Origin: the human T2T-CHM13v2.0 reference genome, Homo sapiens
Length of the DNA stretch: 64,000 nucleotides
Reading direction: 5' to 3' (one strand)
Assembly (NCBI RefSeq): GCF_009914755.1
Contig: NC_060936.1
Shown here: positions 25,152 through 39,412 of the stretch, in pieces
How the letters are laid out: each line of letters opens with the position of its first letter
Position numbering within the stretch: position 1 is the stretch's first letter
Position numbers and translations under genes: made by a program
Notes under the pieces: generated by a model
The model's input: only the letters and a program-made list of their open reading frames with translations
Database searches by the model: none
What the model was told of the DNA's origin: nothing

Positions 25152-26788
25152 ATAATGTTGAAAATTGTTTTGTTGGCAAATTGGTTTTTTAATGAATCGG
25201 TAGTCAATCACTTACTACTTGACTAATTTTCTTCACACTGGTCTATCTCTTATGAAATAATCTTCCTTCTCCATTAGACACCCACTTATCCGGATGCCAA
25301 AACCAGCCTTATCTGGAAGCAGGTATATGAAGCTGCTGCCATATTTCCCAGCCCCCATAGCTTTATAATGATAAATTGTTTTATTCCATGTAAAGGAAAA
25401 CAATCTTTTAAGATGTCTTTTTGGAGAATTAGTTATTGAACATTTCAATGTGATAACATTAAAAACAAGATTTCATTTTAACCACTAAAATGGCTTAGCC
25501 ATAACTCCTAACAGAGGTATGGCCTAGAATGTAAAAGAAAGAACTTGGCTGTGTATAAAAGAAAGGGAGAGAGAAGAAGAGTAAGTGTAGAAAAATGAGT
25601 GAAAATACCATAGGCTGTAAGAAATAGAAGAAAGATGTCTGAAGACACAAAATGGCATAGGGCTATTGGAGGCTGGTAGGTGCTTTTGTACATGGGTTTG
25701 TATCCTGGTATGAGACAAAGAAGGTTAAGTGTATGTGCATCTTAAAGATAGAAGGTCCACTCTCCCAAAATATTCAACCTTTTCAAAATATTCGGCATCA
25801 TATAGTGGCTAATAGATATAAGCAATTTCCAGGCTTGCTCTGTTGATATCACCCTATCCCTATGTCTTAGCAATTGGAATGGGGATTCAAGGACTGGAAA
25901 GCAGGGTATTGGGTCTGACATTCTAATGGCATTGGACAAACTCCTCTCCACTTGTGTTTTCAGTGGTGACAGCCAGAGATTAATGGCAAGAGGGTACTAG
26001 AATTGACTGTGTGAATAATGAAAGGTACTAGGGGTCACTGCCAAAATACTGATCTATATTCTTTTCTGTTATCAGGACACTGGCATCCACGGAAAAAAAA
26101 AATTAGTCTTTGTAGAAAAAAACTCTAGTATTATTCTACCAAGTTTCTCTTTGCAACTTGTGCAATGTGCCCAGAGTTTTAAATTGGTCTTTCTATTCTT
26201 CAAATAAGAAACTGTTCTTATTTAAAGAACAGTTCTTAGTGTTCTTATTTCAAGTATCAGTGCAGAGCCCAGATTTCTCTCCAACCTGTTTTCCCAACAC
26301 AAAGAAACTAAACTTGAGGTCCTTGGAAATTCTGCTTGGTATGAGTCTTTGTCTTTCCATTTTATTTTTCTTTTTCCTCCTCTTGTTTTCACTAGATTGA
26401 ACTCCATGCCTTTCTTCTTTGAAAAAACAGAGCTGCATCAGGCATGGAGATCAGGAAAAGGTTTTTTCACCTCCATGATTTTGGTAGCAATACAGACATC
26501 TGGCAGCAAGAAGTATAAAAAACTTCTTTACTTTTTTACTTTTTTTAAGGAAGCCATTATTTCAGGTAGAGGATATCAACTAACATATTCTTGCAGGCAT
26601 TGAGCTCTTTCTTTCAAGACCTCCATTGCTGATCAAACTAAATATTTAAAAGGACATTCCTGTAAACAAAAACATGGTCTGCATTCACAAACCATTTTCA
26701 ACAAGATCTCTTTCCAGTCAAGACTGACCATCTGCTTGCCATCTTATATTTTTTAATATTATTCTGTCAAATACATGCTCTGTCAATG

Positions 26789-26881
26789 CAGGTAAAGGAA
26801 TACTTGAAAAATCTGAACATACACAAAACAGTGGGTCCAGATGACATGAATCCAAAAGTCTGGAGGGAATTAGCTAATGCA
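26789..26881 (+). mobile_element. CR1/L3-clade LINE ORF2 remnant
   Basis: Translates QVKEYLKNLNIHKTVGPDDMNPKVWRELANA, matching the recalled CR1 pre-RT motif V.E.L..L..HKSMGPDG.HPRVLRELA. Confidence 0.75.
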
Positions 26882-27219
26882 GACTTGCAAATAAGTGCCC
26901 CAAACAGAGCAGCTTCACTGTATTTTATCAAACTGCCCTTCTTTCAGGAAGTACACAGATAGTAAAATAAATACAATCAACATTCCCTTTGACTCTCCTG
27001 GCAGCGACTGTTACCTTGGACAAGTTACCATTTACAAGGCTGCACGTATGAACTTACTCTAAAAGCAAAGCAAAAAAAAAAAAAAAAAAATAGCACATCA
27101 CCAAGAAAGAGCAAACAAACAAACAAACAAAAAGAATTAGTATTTTCTAAAGATTATAGAGATAGTCTGTAATTTGTTATCGACTAAGAGTACCTTTGAG
27201 ATCTGAAAAAGGGTAACCA

Positions 27220-27516
27220 GGCCAGATGCAGTGGCTCACACCTGTACTCCCAGCACTTTGGGAGGCCATGGTGGGCAGACAACTTGAGGTCAGAAGTTTG
27301 AGACCAGCCTGGCCAACAGGGTGAAACCCCGTCTCTACCAAAAATACAACAATTAGCTGGGTGTGTTGGTGGACACCTGTAATACCAGCTACCTGGGAGG
27401 CTGAGGCAGGAGAATCGTTGAACCCGGGAGGCAGAGGTTGCGGTGAGCTGAGATCACACCACTGCGCTCAAGCCTGGGTGACAGAGCGAGACTTTGTCTA
27501 AAAATAAATAAATAAA
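27220..27516 (+). mobile_element. AluS
   Basis: Sense dimer with (TAAA)n tail. Confidence 0.92.
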
Positions 27517-27649
27517 TGGATAACCAAATAGGAGATGTGGCTGAGAGGTTCAAGGTGGACAATTCAGGACTGTGAGCCAGAATGACCCTGAGTCTGGTCT
27601 TGTTTGTCATCTGCCTATGGAACCACAGCCATGGACCTTGCATGGGCAA

Positions 27650-28222
27650 AAGCTGGGCTAAGCAAGAGAGTATGACAGAAGTAATGCTATACCAACTCCA
27701 GGCCTATTCTTCAGAGGACCAGTGACTTCCACCCTGGCCACTTGAAAGCCATCCACCGTGTAACAAGTTGAACTACCCTAAGACTCCCATGCTGTGTGGA
27801 AGCCCAAGCTAGTCATCTGGAGAGAGTGAAGTGGGTGGTGGTGGGGGTGGGGAGGAGAGCTAGGGGGAGAGTAGGGAGAAAGCTCTTCTAGCCACCCTGG
27901 ATCCTAGTATGGATTCCAGACAAGTAAATAAAGAAGCCATCTTGGACATTCCAGCCCCAGAAGATGCCATATGAAGGGGAACAAAAGAACCCAGACAATA
28001 TCCAGAACAGAGAGCCCAGCTATATGGCCCCAGTTGATCTGGCCCTGTTATTTCCTACCGTCCAAATCACCTCAACTGAAGCCTCAGGTATTGTGAAGCA
28101 GAAACCAGCCATCTGTACTACGTCCTCCTTGAACTCCTGATTCATAGAACCATGAGCTTAACAAAATGGTTTTAAGGGGGTGAGGGGGGCAAGGGTTTAC
28201 GCAGCAAAAGGTAGAACTAACA
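27650..28222 (+). mobile_element. MLT1 (G/H-like) MaLR LTR
   Basis: actaccctaagactcccatgctgtgtggaagcccaagctag, gaagccatcttggacattccagcccc, gaactcctga..cagcaaaaggtagaactaa. Confidence 0.7.
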
Positions 28223-28734
28223 ACTTTTACTTCAGGAAACTTTATTCCTTTTATTCCTTGTGTTTCTCTACTTTGTTGTTCCTATTTTCCTTTTTCTTCC
28301 TCTATTTATTGCTATTTTTCTCTACTCATCATGCTAAGATAATTAAGCATATTTTAAAATTTGTTTTGTTTGCAAATGAGATGAGTTTTGGTATGCTCCC
28401 CTGCCCACCCCACTACTTGTATACTATCTTATTTTATTATTTATTTAAAGACAGGTTCCCGCTCTGTTGCTTGGGCTGGAGTACAGTGAGTGGTGTGATC
28501 ATAGCTCACTGAAGCCTCACCATTCATTATTTTAAAATGAAGTGAGTTGTACTTAAAATTTCCTCTCAGAAAACTAGATTAATCGATTCTTATTTTCATG
28601 TAGGCACCAATGACCTAAACCTTTAAAAATCTATGTAAATATGAAAAACTGGAAAGAAATAGAATGTCCAACGAAATAACTAAATACAATGCAACTGATT
28701 AAAAAATGCTGCACTGACTATATCTGGAGCAGCC

Positions 28735-29180
28735 ATTGCTATCTCTTTGCCTCACCTCTGAACACTCTCACCTGCTAACCCTGATCCAGTTACAAAAGCC
28801 CTGGTACTGTTCCTCTAGCGTACCAGGCATGCTCCCTTTGCCTCTGCTGTTTCCCCTGCCTGGAAAATTTCAAGAAATGCACACACGTGCCCTCTTTCTT
28901 CTTTGGGGTTCTGCTTATCAATGTAGCCTTCCTTGACCATTGCACATACGACATGAGACTCCTCCCATTCCTAACATGCTCTATCTCGCTTGCCCTGCTT
29001 AATTTTTCTCCTTAATGCCTCTCACCATCTGCTGTATCATGTATTCACTTATTTATTTATTCATTGTCTTCTCCCACTAGAATATCAGCTCCATGAGAGC
29101 TGAGACTGTGTGGTCTTGTTCGGGGTCTGTCCCTGGCATCTCTAGTACTGTATGGCATATGGTAAATATGAGTCAAGGAA
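28735..29180 (+). mobile_element. L2a 3' fragment
   Basis: ttgtcttctcccactagaatatcagctccatgag..tggcatatggta. Confidence 0.75.
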
Positions 29181-29242
29181 GCATGCTGTGCAGCTGAGAT
29201 GCAATGGATTTTAACTTCTGTCAAAGCCACTAACAATACGTC

Positions 29243-29940
29243 ATTAAGAGAAAAGAACAGGTTACAGAATAGTATGGAGAGTTTATACATATGCTTTGAA
29301 AAAAGTATAATAGTCTTGACTGGATGCATAACTAGAAATGAGAAAGGTCCTCATTTTGTCAGCTGGGTGTAAAATTGGAGGAAGCGTTGGTGCTCCCACC
29401 TGTGTGGCAGAACAGCACAGGGTTACCGAGAGAATGGAACAGGTTGTGGGTGACGCAGGAATGGGAAGGGGAGGCAGAACACAGGCTGAGCCAGAAGCAG
29501 AGGCAGCACTAACTCTCCTACCCAGTGGTCATTTCCTCCTTGCCCTTACCAACAAAATTCTGATGTCATTGAGAGGAGCGAGGGGCCCAGCCAAAAATAC
29601 TCGCTTTCCTGAACTCCTTGCAGCTAGGAGACCATGCGAAAAGTGCTGGCTAATGAGAATTAAAGCAAAAGTTTCAAAAAAAGCTTTAACTTTTCTGATA
29701 AAGGCACTACCCTTTCCTCAGAAAGTTCCTTTGAAACTTTTTGTTCCATTCTTTTAGTAACCCGTGTGCTGTTCCGTCACCCAGGTTAAAGCACCAAGGC
29801 TTCCTCCAATTTTACACCCAGCTGACAAAATGAGAACCTTCTCTTTTCTAGTTATGCACCCAGTTGAAACTATTACACTTTTTTCAAAGCATATGTATCA
29901 ACTCTCCATGCCATTCTGTGATCTGTTCTTCTCTCTCAAT
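29243..29940. repeat. Inverted duplication, ~200-bp arms, 300-bp spacer
   Basis: 29243-29441 aligns to the reverse complement of 29742-29940 with 24 mismatches and 2 one-base gaps (manual alignment). Confidence 0.95.
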
Positions 29941-30074
29941 TACTGAGGGGGGCACTGCTTCTCTCCTTCCTGCCACAGAAGGATATGAGGCCTGGAGCTG
30001 CAGTAGCCATCTTGTGAACAAAGAGGCACCAGCTGTGAGGCAGAGGCTTTCATGATAAGAATGGTGAAATGGAG

Positions 30075-30370
<296 letters not shown>

Positions 30371-30388
30371 AAAGAGCCTGCATCCTAT

Positions 30389-30824
<436 letters not shown>

Positions 30825-32860
30825 TCAACTTACCATTTTTCGACAATGGCATATGTTATTTATATAGCTAAAACAATCGTGTGTGTGTGTGTGTGGGCAC
30901 ACGTACACATGTATTTGAGGATGGTTGTGAAAAAAACATTTGGTTAGTCTGAAGCTAAGGCAGGAATTTTTTCTTCCCTTGCCTACTTACCCCAGAGGAG
31001 AGAACTAGATCCCGAATTGTTGGACCAGCCACCTTCTCTTATGACACTTTGTTTTGTCCAAATACTAGACCCTTTGTGATCTCAAATCCCTTTGTAATGA
31101 ACTGCCCTGGTGAACTGGCCCCTGTGTGAGCCAAACAGATTTGAGTTTTGTAGCTAATAACCTAGGATATAAATGAATTGAATTGTCTCCTTCTACTTGG
31201 ACTTCTGATGGCAAATAGCAGATTAAAATGAATTTGAAGAGAAAAGAACATATCTCCTTAGGCTTGGAGCAAAACTTCGTTAATCTGAAACTCTCTGCTC
31301 CCATTTTTGCCTAAGCTGAGCCTAATTTCTGCTTGCCTGTCTTAGGGGAGATCCTTCATGCAGAATCAACCTCTCCAAAAGAGAAGAGTGCAGATGATGC
31401 AGCTTGTATACCTCTCAGCTCCTCCTACTGCAATGCCTTTTCTCCGCATCACAGCCCAGTAGTGAATCCAAATTTTTCCTGCCTGTGGCACCTAATCCAC
31501 TATATCTCCCAAACCCTGCTTCTTCCTCCTATTCACATTATTGAAATTTGAGGCAGCCCAGTTAATAACACACTGTTTTCTCCCACTTAAATTCTGGACC
31601 AAGTAAGAAATAAGACAAAAGAGTAAGGCAGAGAGGAATACAAAATATATTTGTACTGATGATGCTGATGTTGGCCAATGTTTCCCCTATCAGCAAGTTG
31701 GCTTGCAGAATGAGACAGACTGACCAACCCAGTCAGAGGCTGCATTTGGCAACCGTAAATTCTCCCCGGAGAAGAGGTCTGTCCCTGCAAAACTTGTAAC
31801 ATGAAAAAGTAAGGCAATATGCTGTCTTCTCATAAATCAGCAGCTCCCAAAAATAAAATGAAGAGGAAGGGCTGGTCAATGCATGCCCAGTTTCTTTCCA
31901 AACCCATCAGTCAGACCAAGTCATTCTTTTTCCTGGCTGAGGCCCCTGCTTAGTTCACTCCTTGCCTTCCCCACCCCATCCAGGCCAAAGCTTGCCTGCC
32001 CTCCCCTTGCTTCACCCCCAGACAACAACCCCCACATGTCCAGCTCCCGCTCCCTGCATGAAGCCACCCCAGTGCAGGGTGGCAGATGCTCCAACTCTCC
32101 TTTCTACTCTTCCATAGACAAAGGTTTAATCTCTTCTATCTGTCCCAATTACCTGTATGCCCTTTGTATCACTTGGGTCTCAGTCTGAAGCTCTTACTCT
32201 AGAGAAATACTCTCTTGACAGGGAACATGTGAAAAGACATATAGAGTCCCCCCACTCAGCTCTGACTTCTAGAATTATGGAGAAGAAAGTAGTCTTTTTC
32301 TATAGTGTTAGAAAGAGAAAGTCTACTTTCAGCTTCAGGAAAAGGGCACAGGCTTTGGCACGAAACATACTTTAGTTCCCAATCTGGTTCTGCTATCTTC
32401 TTGCTCTCACATCTAGTACACTTGGTTTAACTTAAGATTTGGTATCTTTGAGAATGGAGTGTATTCATATCATGGCTACCATGCAGAACATCTTTTATAA
32501 GTATTCCTGGGACAATGCCCAAAACACAGGAGATAATCAAGAAATATTGGTTTCTATCTCCCATATCCAACCTAATGGTAGAAAAGTTTCACTTCTTAAG
32601 TTTTATATTCTCATTTTCTAGTCTTCAGGTCAGCCTTGTCTTTGGATTAGTCTATCTTCTCCCATCTTAGGATGATACATCTAAGTTTTAAAAAGATATT
32701 TCTTATTTCTTTCCAGATTCTCTGCTGAAGCCAAGCATGATCCAAAGGCAAAAACTTTCTCATAGTCCACAGTCAATATGGCTACTACAGGATACAATGA
32801 AAACTCTTAGGGACAGTGATTGTTCTTCCAAGACCCATCTGCTGACGCTGATGTGAAGAG

Positions 32861-33112
32861 GCATTTCGTATACCTAACCTGACGAACATCGAACATCGTA
32901 ATTTAGCCTAGCCTATTTTAAACATGCTCAGAATACTTACATTAGCCTACAATTCGGTAAAAATCCTCTAACATAGAGCCTATTTTATGATAAAGTGTTA
33001 AATATCTCATGTAATTTATGGAATATTGTACTGAAAGTGAAAAACAGAATGGTTGCATGGGTACCATCATAAAGTAGAAAAATCATACTTCAAACCATCT
33101 GCAACCATCTGT
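32861..33112. mobile_element. TcMar-Tigger MITE fragment (MER47A-like)
   Basis: ttagcctagccta..ctcagaatacttacattagcctaca..gtactgaaagtgaaaaacagaatggttg. Confidence 0.7.
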
Positions 33113-33574
33113 AGTCTCGAGCACTCATCATAGGACTGTTTGTACTCTATGACACTCATCCCAAGCTAGTATGATTACTTGTTTGTGAATGGACTTTTCA
33201 AAAGTATCTCCATAACTTATTCTTTGAATGCCCAGCACCCAACCTAGGCTCAGGGACACTGGGCTTTAAGTAATGTTTACCAATGAATGAATGAATGACC
33301 AAAGGCCAAATAATTGATTCAAAAGACTCTTTATATAAAAGCACCATGGAAAAGTGTTGTTACCATGATTGTTTTCTATAAGTCAATTTTATGTAAAATA
33401 ATAATTTCCTCCAATATAACACAGGGAGGATTCCCTTTAGACAATAGCCATGCATGTCATAGATTTTTCTTTCTTGCCAGACTCCAAAGACATCTAGTCA
33501 CTTCTATTGGCACTGATTGGTCTATTAAGGATGTCTCAAGTGGATGGGTGTCCTTAAAATAATGTTTTCCTCTC

Positions 33575-33707
33575 AGCTAGTTGGGAGGCTGAGGTGGGAG
33601 GATCACTTGAGCCCAGGGAGATTGAGGCTGCAGTGAACTGTGATCGTGCCACTGCACTCCAGCCTGGGTGACAGAATGAGATCTTCTCTCAAATAAATAA
33701 ATAAATA
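33575..33707 (+). mobile_element. Alu right monomer (FRAM/AluJ)
   Basis: ggaggctgaggtgggaggatcacttgagcccagg..(TAAA)n. Confidence 0.85.
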
Positions 33708-34802
33708 GTGTTTTCTCATTGGTTTACATCATAATTTCGGAGATATTTTGATTTTATTCTAATAAAATGACTTTAGTTTCAATGTTTGCCTATCTCCTGA
33801 GAAGTTACCATTCAGAATCTTTTCGTAATGTAAATTCTCCTAATTTATAGGTTGTCAATTTTGGGTTGTAGTATACTGTATTTGGCTCTCTTAAAGCAGG
33901 GCACACCTGAATTAGCTTTTGAGATAAAAGGAAGGCAAAGAAAATTGATTGGGAGCAAAACATCTGATATAGTTTTAGTTGCAAAGTTCAAATTTTCTGA
34001 ATGGGACCAAGATGGCATAGTTTGAAATGTGGCTGAAATGTCTACATACCTGAAAGCAATGCTGGTGAAGTTCTTATACCATATTTCCTGGTGTGTTTCT
34101 CTTTAGGTATTTCCACATATGTACACATATATTGGGGAAAGCAAATGAACTTCTCTTTTTCTTCCCTAGAATCATTTCCATCCCATACTTGTTATACGAA
34201 AATGGCCACTCGTTCTTGGATTCATTTATTTATGTAGATTTTGCTTTGACTTTACCAAACAAGAAAAAGAGCTGAATTTAAATAGCAATGAAATTCTGCT
34301 TGCTGCTATGAGAAGGACTGTCCTCAAAGATCTCTTCTCTTGCCACTCCGCCTTCCAGTTATGCTTTGTCCTTTATCCCACATAACAAATCTTTATCTAG
34401 CACTGGCTAAGGGTTGGGCACTATGGTAAGTGAGGGAGATGCTGTCCCTCCCCACACTGAGCTTACAATCCAAGGGATGTTTTATGAAAATAACCAGTCA
34501 TATCTGGGAATAGAGCCAATTACAGTGTCCAGATCAGAAACTGGCCTCAATTAAAAGTGATACTGATAAGAGTATCAAAAAGGTATCAAAAGTGATATTC
34601 ATCCTATATTTTGCCCACATTTATCTTCCTAGAATGTTTTTTCCATAGTGCTGGATTTACCCCTTGGAGCCACACAGAATAATGCTTATCTGTGCTCTGC
34701 AAGATGTTTCAGGTTTTAAAAAACAGCCACCTTCTCCCTCTGAGTGATCTGTCCTTTAAGGCCAAGTAGACCCTGCTCCTTCAACACTCTGACATAATTG
34801 AA

Positions 34803-35102
34803 TTTTTTTGGAGACAGAGTCTCTCTCACTTTGTCACTCAGGCTGGAGTGCAGTGGTGAGATCATAGCTCATTGCAGCCTCCGCCTCCCAGGCTTGAGTG
34901 ATCTTTCTTCCTTGGCCTCCTGAGTAGCCGGGGACACAGGCACACACCACCATGCCTGGCTAAATTTTTTATTTTGTATTTTATAGAACCAAGGTATCTC
35001 ACTATGTTGCCCAAGATGATCTGAACTCCTGGGCTTAAGTGATCCTCCCACCTCAGCCTCCTAAAGTCCTGGGATTACAGATGTGAGCCATCATACCTGG
35101 CC
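34803..35102 (-). mobile_element. AluJ
   Basis: Antisense dimer; CTGACATAA on both flanks. Confidence 0.9.
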
Positions 35103-36464
35103 TGACATAACTGTGAATTCCCTCAAACCTCTGTACTTAGATAACTAACCTCTGTAGCTAGATTTTGCAACAAATGACCAAAAACCTAACATCAAGTGGT
35201 TTAAACAATATAGGAGTATAATTCTCTGTGTAAAATTTCAGGTAAGTGATTTACCTCCAGTGTGGTGCTCCATAATACCACAGACCCAGGCTCTGGCCAG
35301 CTCGTTGCTCTCTGCTACTTGACTTGCATCTCAGGATCCAAGTGGTAGCACCCAAGTTCTAAGCAGCAGGGTAGAGGAAGGGGAAAAAAGAAGGGCAAAA
35401 CCGTGGATGGATGCATGTGGTCCCTTAGGAAGTGTGTCCAGAAGCGGCCACTTTGCTTCTGTTTCATTGATCTTAGCTACATGCCTGCACCCACATGGAA
35501 GGGAAATTGGGAAATGAAATGTGTTCTAGGGAGCCATAGGCCTTCCTAAAACTTGGAGGTACTGTTGCTTTAGAAGAAAGGGACATGCATACTGAAGGCA
35601 ATCAGCTTTACTTACCACACTCTCTCCTTGTGCTCTTTGGTGTCTCATGAAGTGCTGTGGCCAATATGTCACTGCCTTTTTTTTAAATGAAAGATATCAC
35701 ACTGCAAAAATAGCAATTTTATTTCATCATATACAGATGTAGAAAAGTCCTTGTACTTTTCTAAATCAAATTAAATCTAACCGTGTACCTTGTCTCACCA
35801 TGCTAATGAAAAATTCAATGTCCTTTATCCAGTATTGCCTCTTTAGGGTCACATGAAAGTATGATTGAGGTTGAGAAGGCATTATGTGGGTCCTGGAAAT
35901 TGAGGAATGTGGCTTTTATCTTCAGGCCATCATAATCCCCCATGAGAGTTTCATTGTCCAAGTCCTGTATGGTCCATGTGAAGACAGGAGACCCTGCTCT
36001 TTTCACTCGAGGCTTGGGCTTTAGGGTCTTTGCCAAAGCTAAAATGAAACCCTTGATGCTGGGTGCCCAGCCTTCCTCAGTGCACTGTACAGTCATTTCT
36101 TTCCACAATCCTGTGACTTCCCCAGGGTGCTATAAAGCAAAGATCCCTCCATTCCCTTCTCAGGTTTGCAGAATCTCCCACTTCCCAGGACCAGCCTTTT
36201 CTGTCTTTACCCTCCAAGCATATTCTTTGATTTCTCCAATTCTGGATCAGCCCAACATCATTTCCCCTCAGAAGATGTAAAGAAAATAATTTTTGCCTTT
36301 TTTTGGAGTACTGTGGTAGAAGGAGATCCTGGCATCCGTCAGTTTTTGTGGTTGCTGTTTCATGTTTTTGTCTTGTTTTGTTTACTCTAACCCTGGTATA
36401 ATTCATTTATTAATGCAGTCTCAAATCAGGTGGATCATTTTCATAATCATGTTATATTGCTGAT

Positions 36465-36950
36465 CAGTATCAGGAATTGAGCTCCTCTGCTAGTAACAGA
36501 TATTCAACTAGAGGCATAACTAGTTAAGAGCTTATTTTTTCATATAAAGAAATTCCTGTGGTAGTCCAGTCCAGAGTTGGAACAGAAGCTTCAGAATGTC
36601 ATCAGGGACTCACTGCTCCCTTGCCTTCCTCCTCTGCCACCCTTATTCATGTCCATCATCAATGACACAATGTGGCTGCTAGAGCTCCAGCCATTACATC
36701 TGTGTTCCAGGCAGGAAGAACGGGAGGGGCAAGAGCAAAAGAGACACACCTTCTAGATGAGTAAATACCCTTTAAATAGCTATCTTTAAACTTACGTGCA
36801 AAAAATTCCATTTAAATCTCATGGCCAAACCTTTCTTCATGGGATGCTGGCAAATACAGTTCTAACACATTGCTGCTCCAAATAAAATCCAGATTTTATC
36901 ATCAAGGTAGAAGGGAAAGTAAAAATCTGTAAGCAACACAATTTCTGTCT
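36465..36950 (-). mobile_element. Old MLT1 (K/L-like) LTR
   Basis: tggctgctagagctccagccattacatctgtgttccaggcaggaagaa. Confidence 0.6.
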
Positions 36951-38246
36951 ACTGCATATTATTGCTAACTCGTGTCTCTATCTCTTGGTTCATACAGTTA
37001 GCTATTAATATTTGCACCCAAGCAAAGAACTCAATTTTGTCTTATTACTATTGAGTTCCAACTGCAGCCTATGAACATATTTTAAAATCCAACATGTTCA
37101 TTATTCTTTGCAGCTAAATCACCTATACATGTGATTTAAGTGAGCCAGCTGCTAAAAAGTTGTTTCTGACTTTATACCAGTTGGTGAGGTGATGAAGAGA
37201 TGGTAATAATCCCATTTCCAAATATTTTCCTCTGATGCCTTCAGCTTCAAAGATTTCCATCTCTTATTTCATAACTTTGAGATCTGTTTGAACAACTTTT
37301 GCTTTTTATTTTTGCAGGGACATCTATTGCTAGAGAGATGCAGGGGTTTTTGTTGTTGTTGTTGTTATTGTCATCCTTTTTTTTTAGAGATGAGGTCTGG
37401 CTCTGTCACCCAGGTTGGAATGCAGTGGTGCTATCATAGCTTACTGCAGCCTAGATCTCCAGGGCTCAAGTGGAGATGCAGTTTTTATTGCAAAAAGAAA
37501 AAAAAAAGAAGAAAGAAAAAAAAAAACAAAAAATTTCCAGTTCATCTTCCCTTTCTTTCATTTTATTAAGTATAGTTATGTTATTAAAGTGCTACCTACA
37601 TTCCTTTTCTCCTTTTTTAGAAAATCTTTTACCTAAATTAAGAATCATTCCATGATGTATACCTATATCAAAACATCACCCTGTACTCCATAAATAAAAT
37701 TAAATAGGTATATAAAAGATAAAACTTTTAAAGAATTTTGACCAAAAAAAGTTCTAAACATAATGTAAGAAGCATAATACCAATTCTTTACATCAGAAAA
37801 TTGGCATAAGATACAAAATTGTGACTAGTTTTCTTTGACTAATACTTTAATAATGTTTCATCAAAATTTTGAAAAAAAAAAAAAAAAAAGAAAACCACTT
37901 TGTTTAACATTTTTTTCTTGCCAAACCTTTTGTATCAGCCTGATTGCCTCTCTGACTCATTACACATAATTGAGTGATTCTTACAAGACAAATAAAACCA
38001 AAACAAAAGAAACTTTAAAAATAACAGAAGAATTATTTCTGCAGCATCAACTTTGCCTTGTCAATTATCAAGTCCTCTCCCCTTTTTGAGAGCTGTGGAG
38101 TAATCTTTTTAAATAAATATACCTTTTTTTTTCCATTAGAGATTTTAGTTGGGCATATAATCATCTGGGTGGGAAGATTTGTTCAGCATTTTTTTTTAAT
38201 TGAGAATTGAGTCGTTGTGCCATTGACCTTGTTTCTGATTTCAAGC

Positions 38247-38450
38247 TTTTTTTTTCTTTAACTTTTATTTTAAGTTCGGGGTACAAGTGCAGGTTTGTTA
38301 CATAGGTAAACTTGTGTCATGAGGGTTTGTTGGTGCAGATTATTTCATCACCCAGGCATCAAGCCTAGTACCCATTAGTTATTTTTCCTGATCCTCTTCC
38401 TCCTCTCCCACTCCACCCTCTGATAGGTCCCACAGTGTGTTCTTCCCTTC
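38247..38450 (-). mobile_element. Short 5'-truncated L1PA (older primate) 3' end
   Basis: acttttattttaagttc..gtgcaggtttgttacataggtaaac..; TSD TTCAAGCTTTT at 38240 and 38451. Confidence 0.88.
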
Positions 38451-38749
38451 TTCAAGCTTTTTTAAAAATGTGGAAATAATGACATTGCAACAACAACAAA
38501 GGATTATTTTTGAACTTAAAACTAGCATCAAATAGTGAGAGAAATAGATCATCATCACTAATTCCAGCTCCAGCTTTCTTGAATCCTTATTCACAAAATA
38601 TTATTTCAGCTTCTTTTCTCTCTCAATGGAAATTGATGGTCCTTTGCAACATTTTAAAATCTGTGCACTCTCCTTGAAGGTAAAGGGGCCCAGCCTTCTC
38701 CCTGAGGGAAAAGGAAATTCTTTGCATTCCTTCCTGATGAATCAGACAT

Positions 38750-38789
<40 letters not shown>

Positions 38790-38823
38790 ACACACACAGA
38801 CACACACACACAGACACACACAC
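38750..38823 (+). repeat. (CA)n microsatellite with GA interruptions
   Basis: Read directly from the sequence. Confidence 0.95.
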
Positions 38824-39412
38824 TCCTTGATTTATCAGTGGCTCTTTGGTGGGATGTTCTGTTACAAGCTAAGACTCCCAGTCATGAGCTAGACCACTTA
38901 TTCACTGTGTGCATTTGAGTACATTGGAAACCTTTGTGAGTCTCAGTTTCCTCACCTGCTAAATGGGGATAATAATATCTTCCATGCAGGATTTTTAGGG
39001 TTAAGTGGATAACATGAGATGCATCTGATATAGGAAATCCTCATTCAGGATGGAATAAGTAAGATTAGTTCATCTTTTTTAATTTTCTGTATTTCATTGT
39101 TAATGCATGAAGTTGAATATCATAGTTTGTAACACGCTGTTCTGAAACCTATAAGAAACACTGAACTGACCAGGGGTACCTGCATGCTGTGAGGCATACA
39201 TTGGGTGGCAAGAACGAGAGAAAGCATTTATTGAATGAATTTCACGTGCCAAAGACTGTCCAGATGTTAGTACTTTTATTTTTTTCAGAACATCTCTGAG
39301 GGAGCAGTATTGCCCTAATCTGGAGGAACATGAGGCACAGAGAGGTTTAAGTCACAAAGCTAATCCGTGGCCAGCTGAGAGTTGATTCTCTGTGTGCAGG
39401 AGGCTTGTGCCC

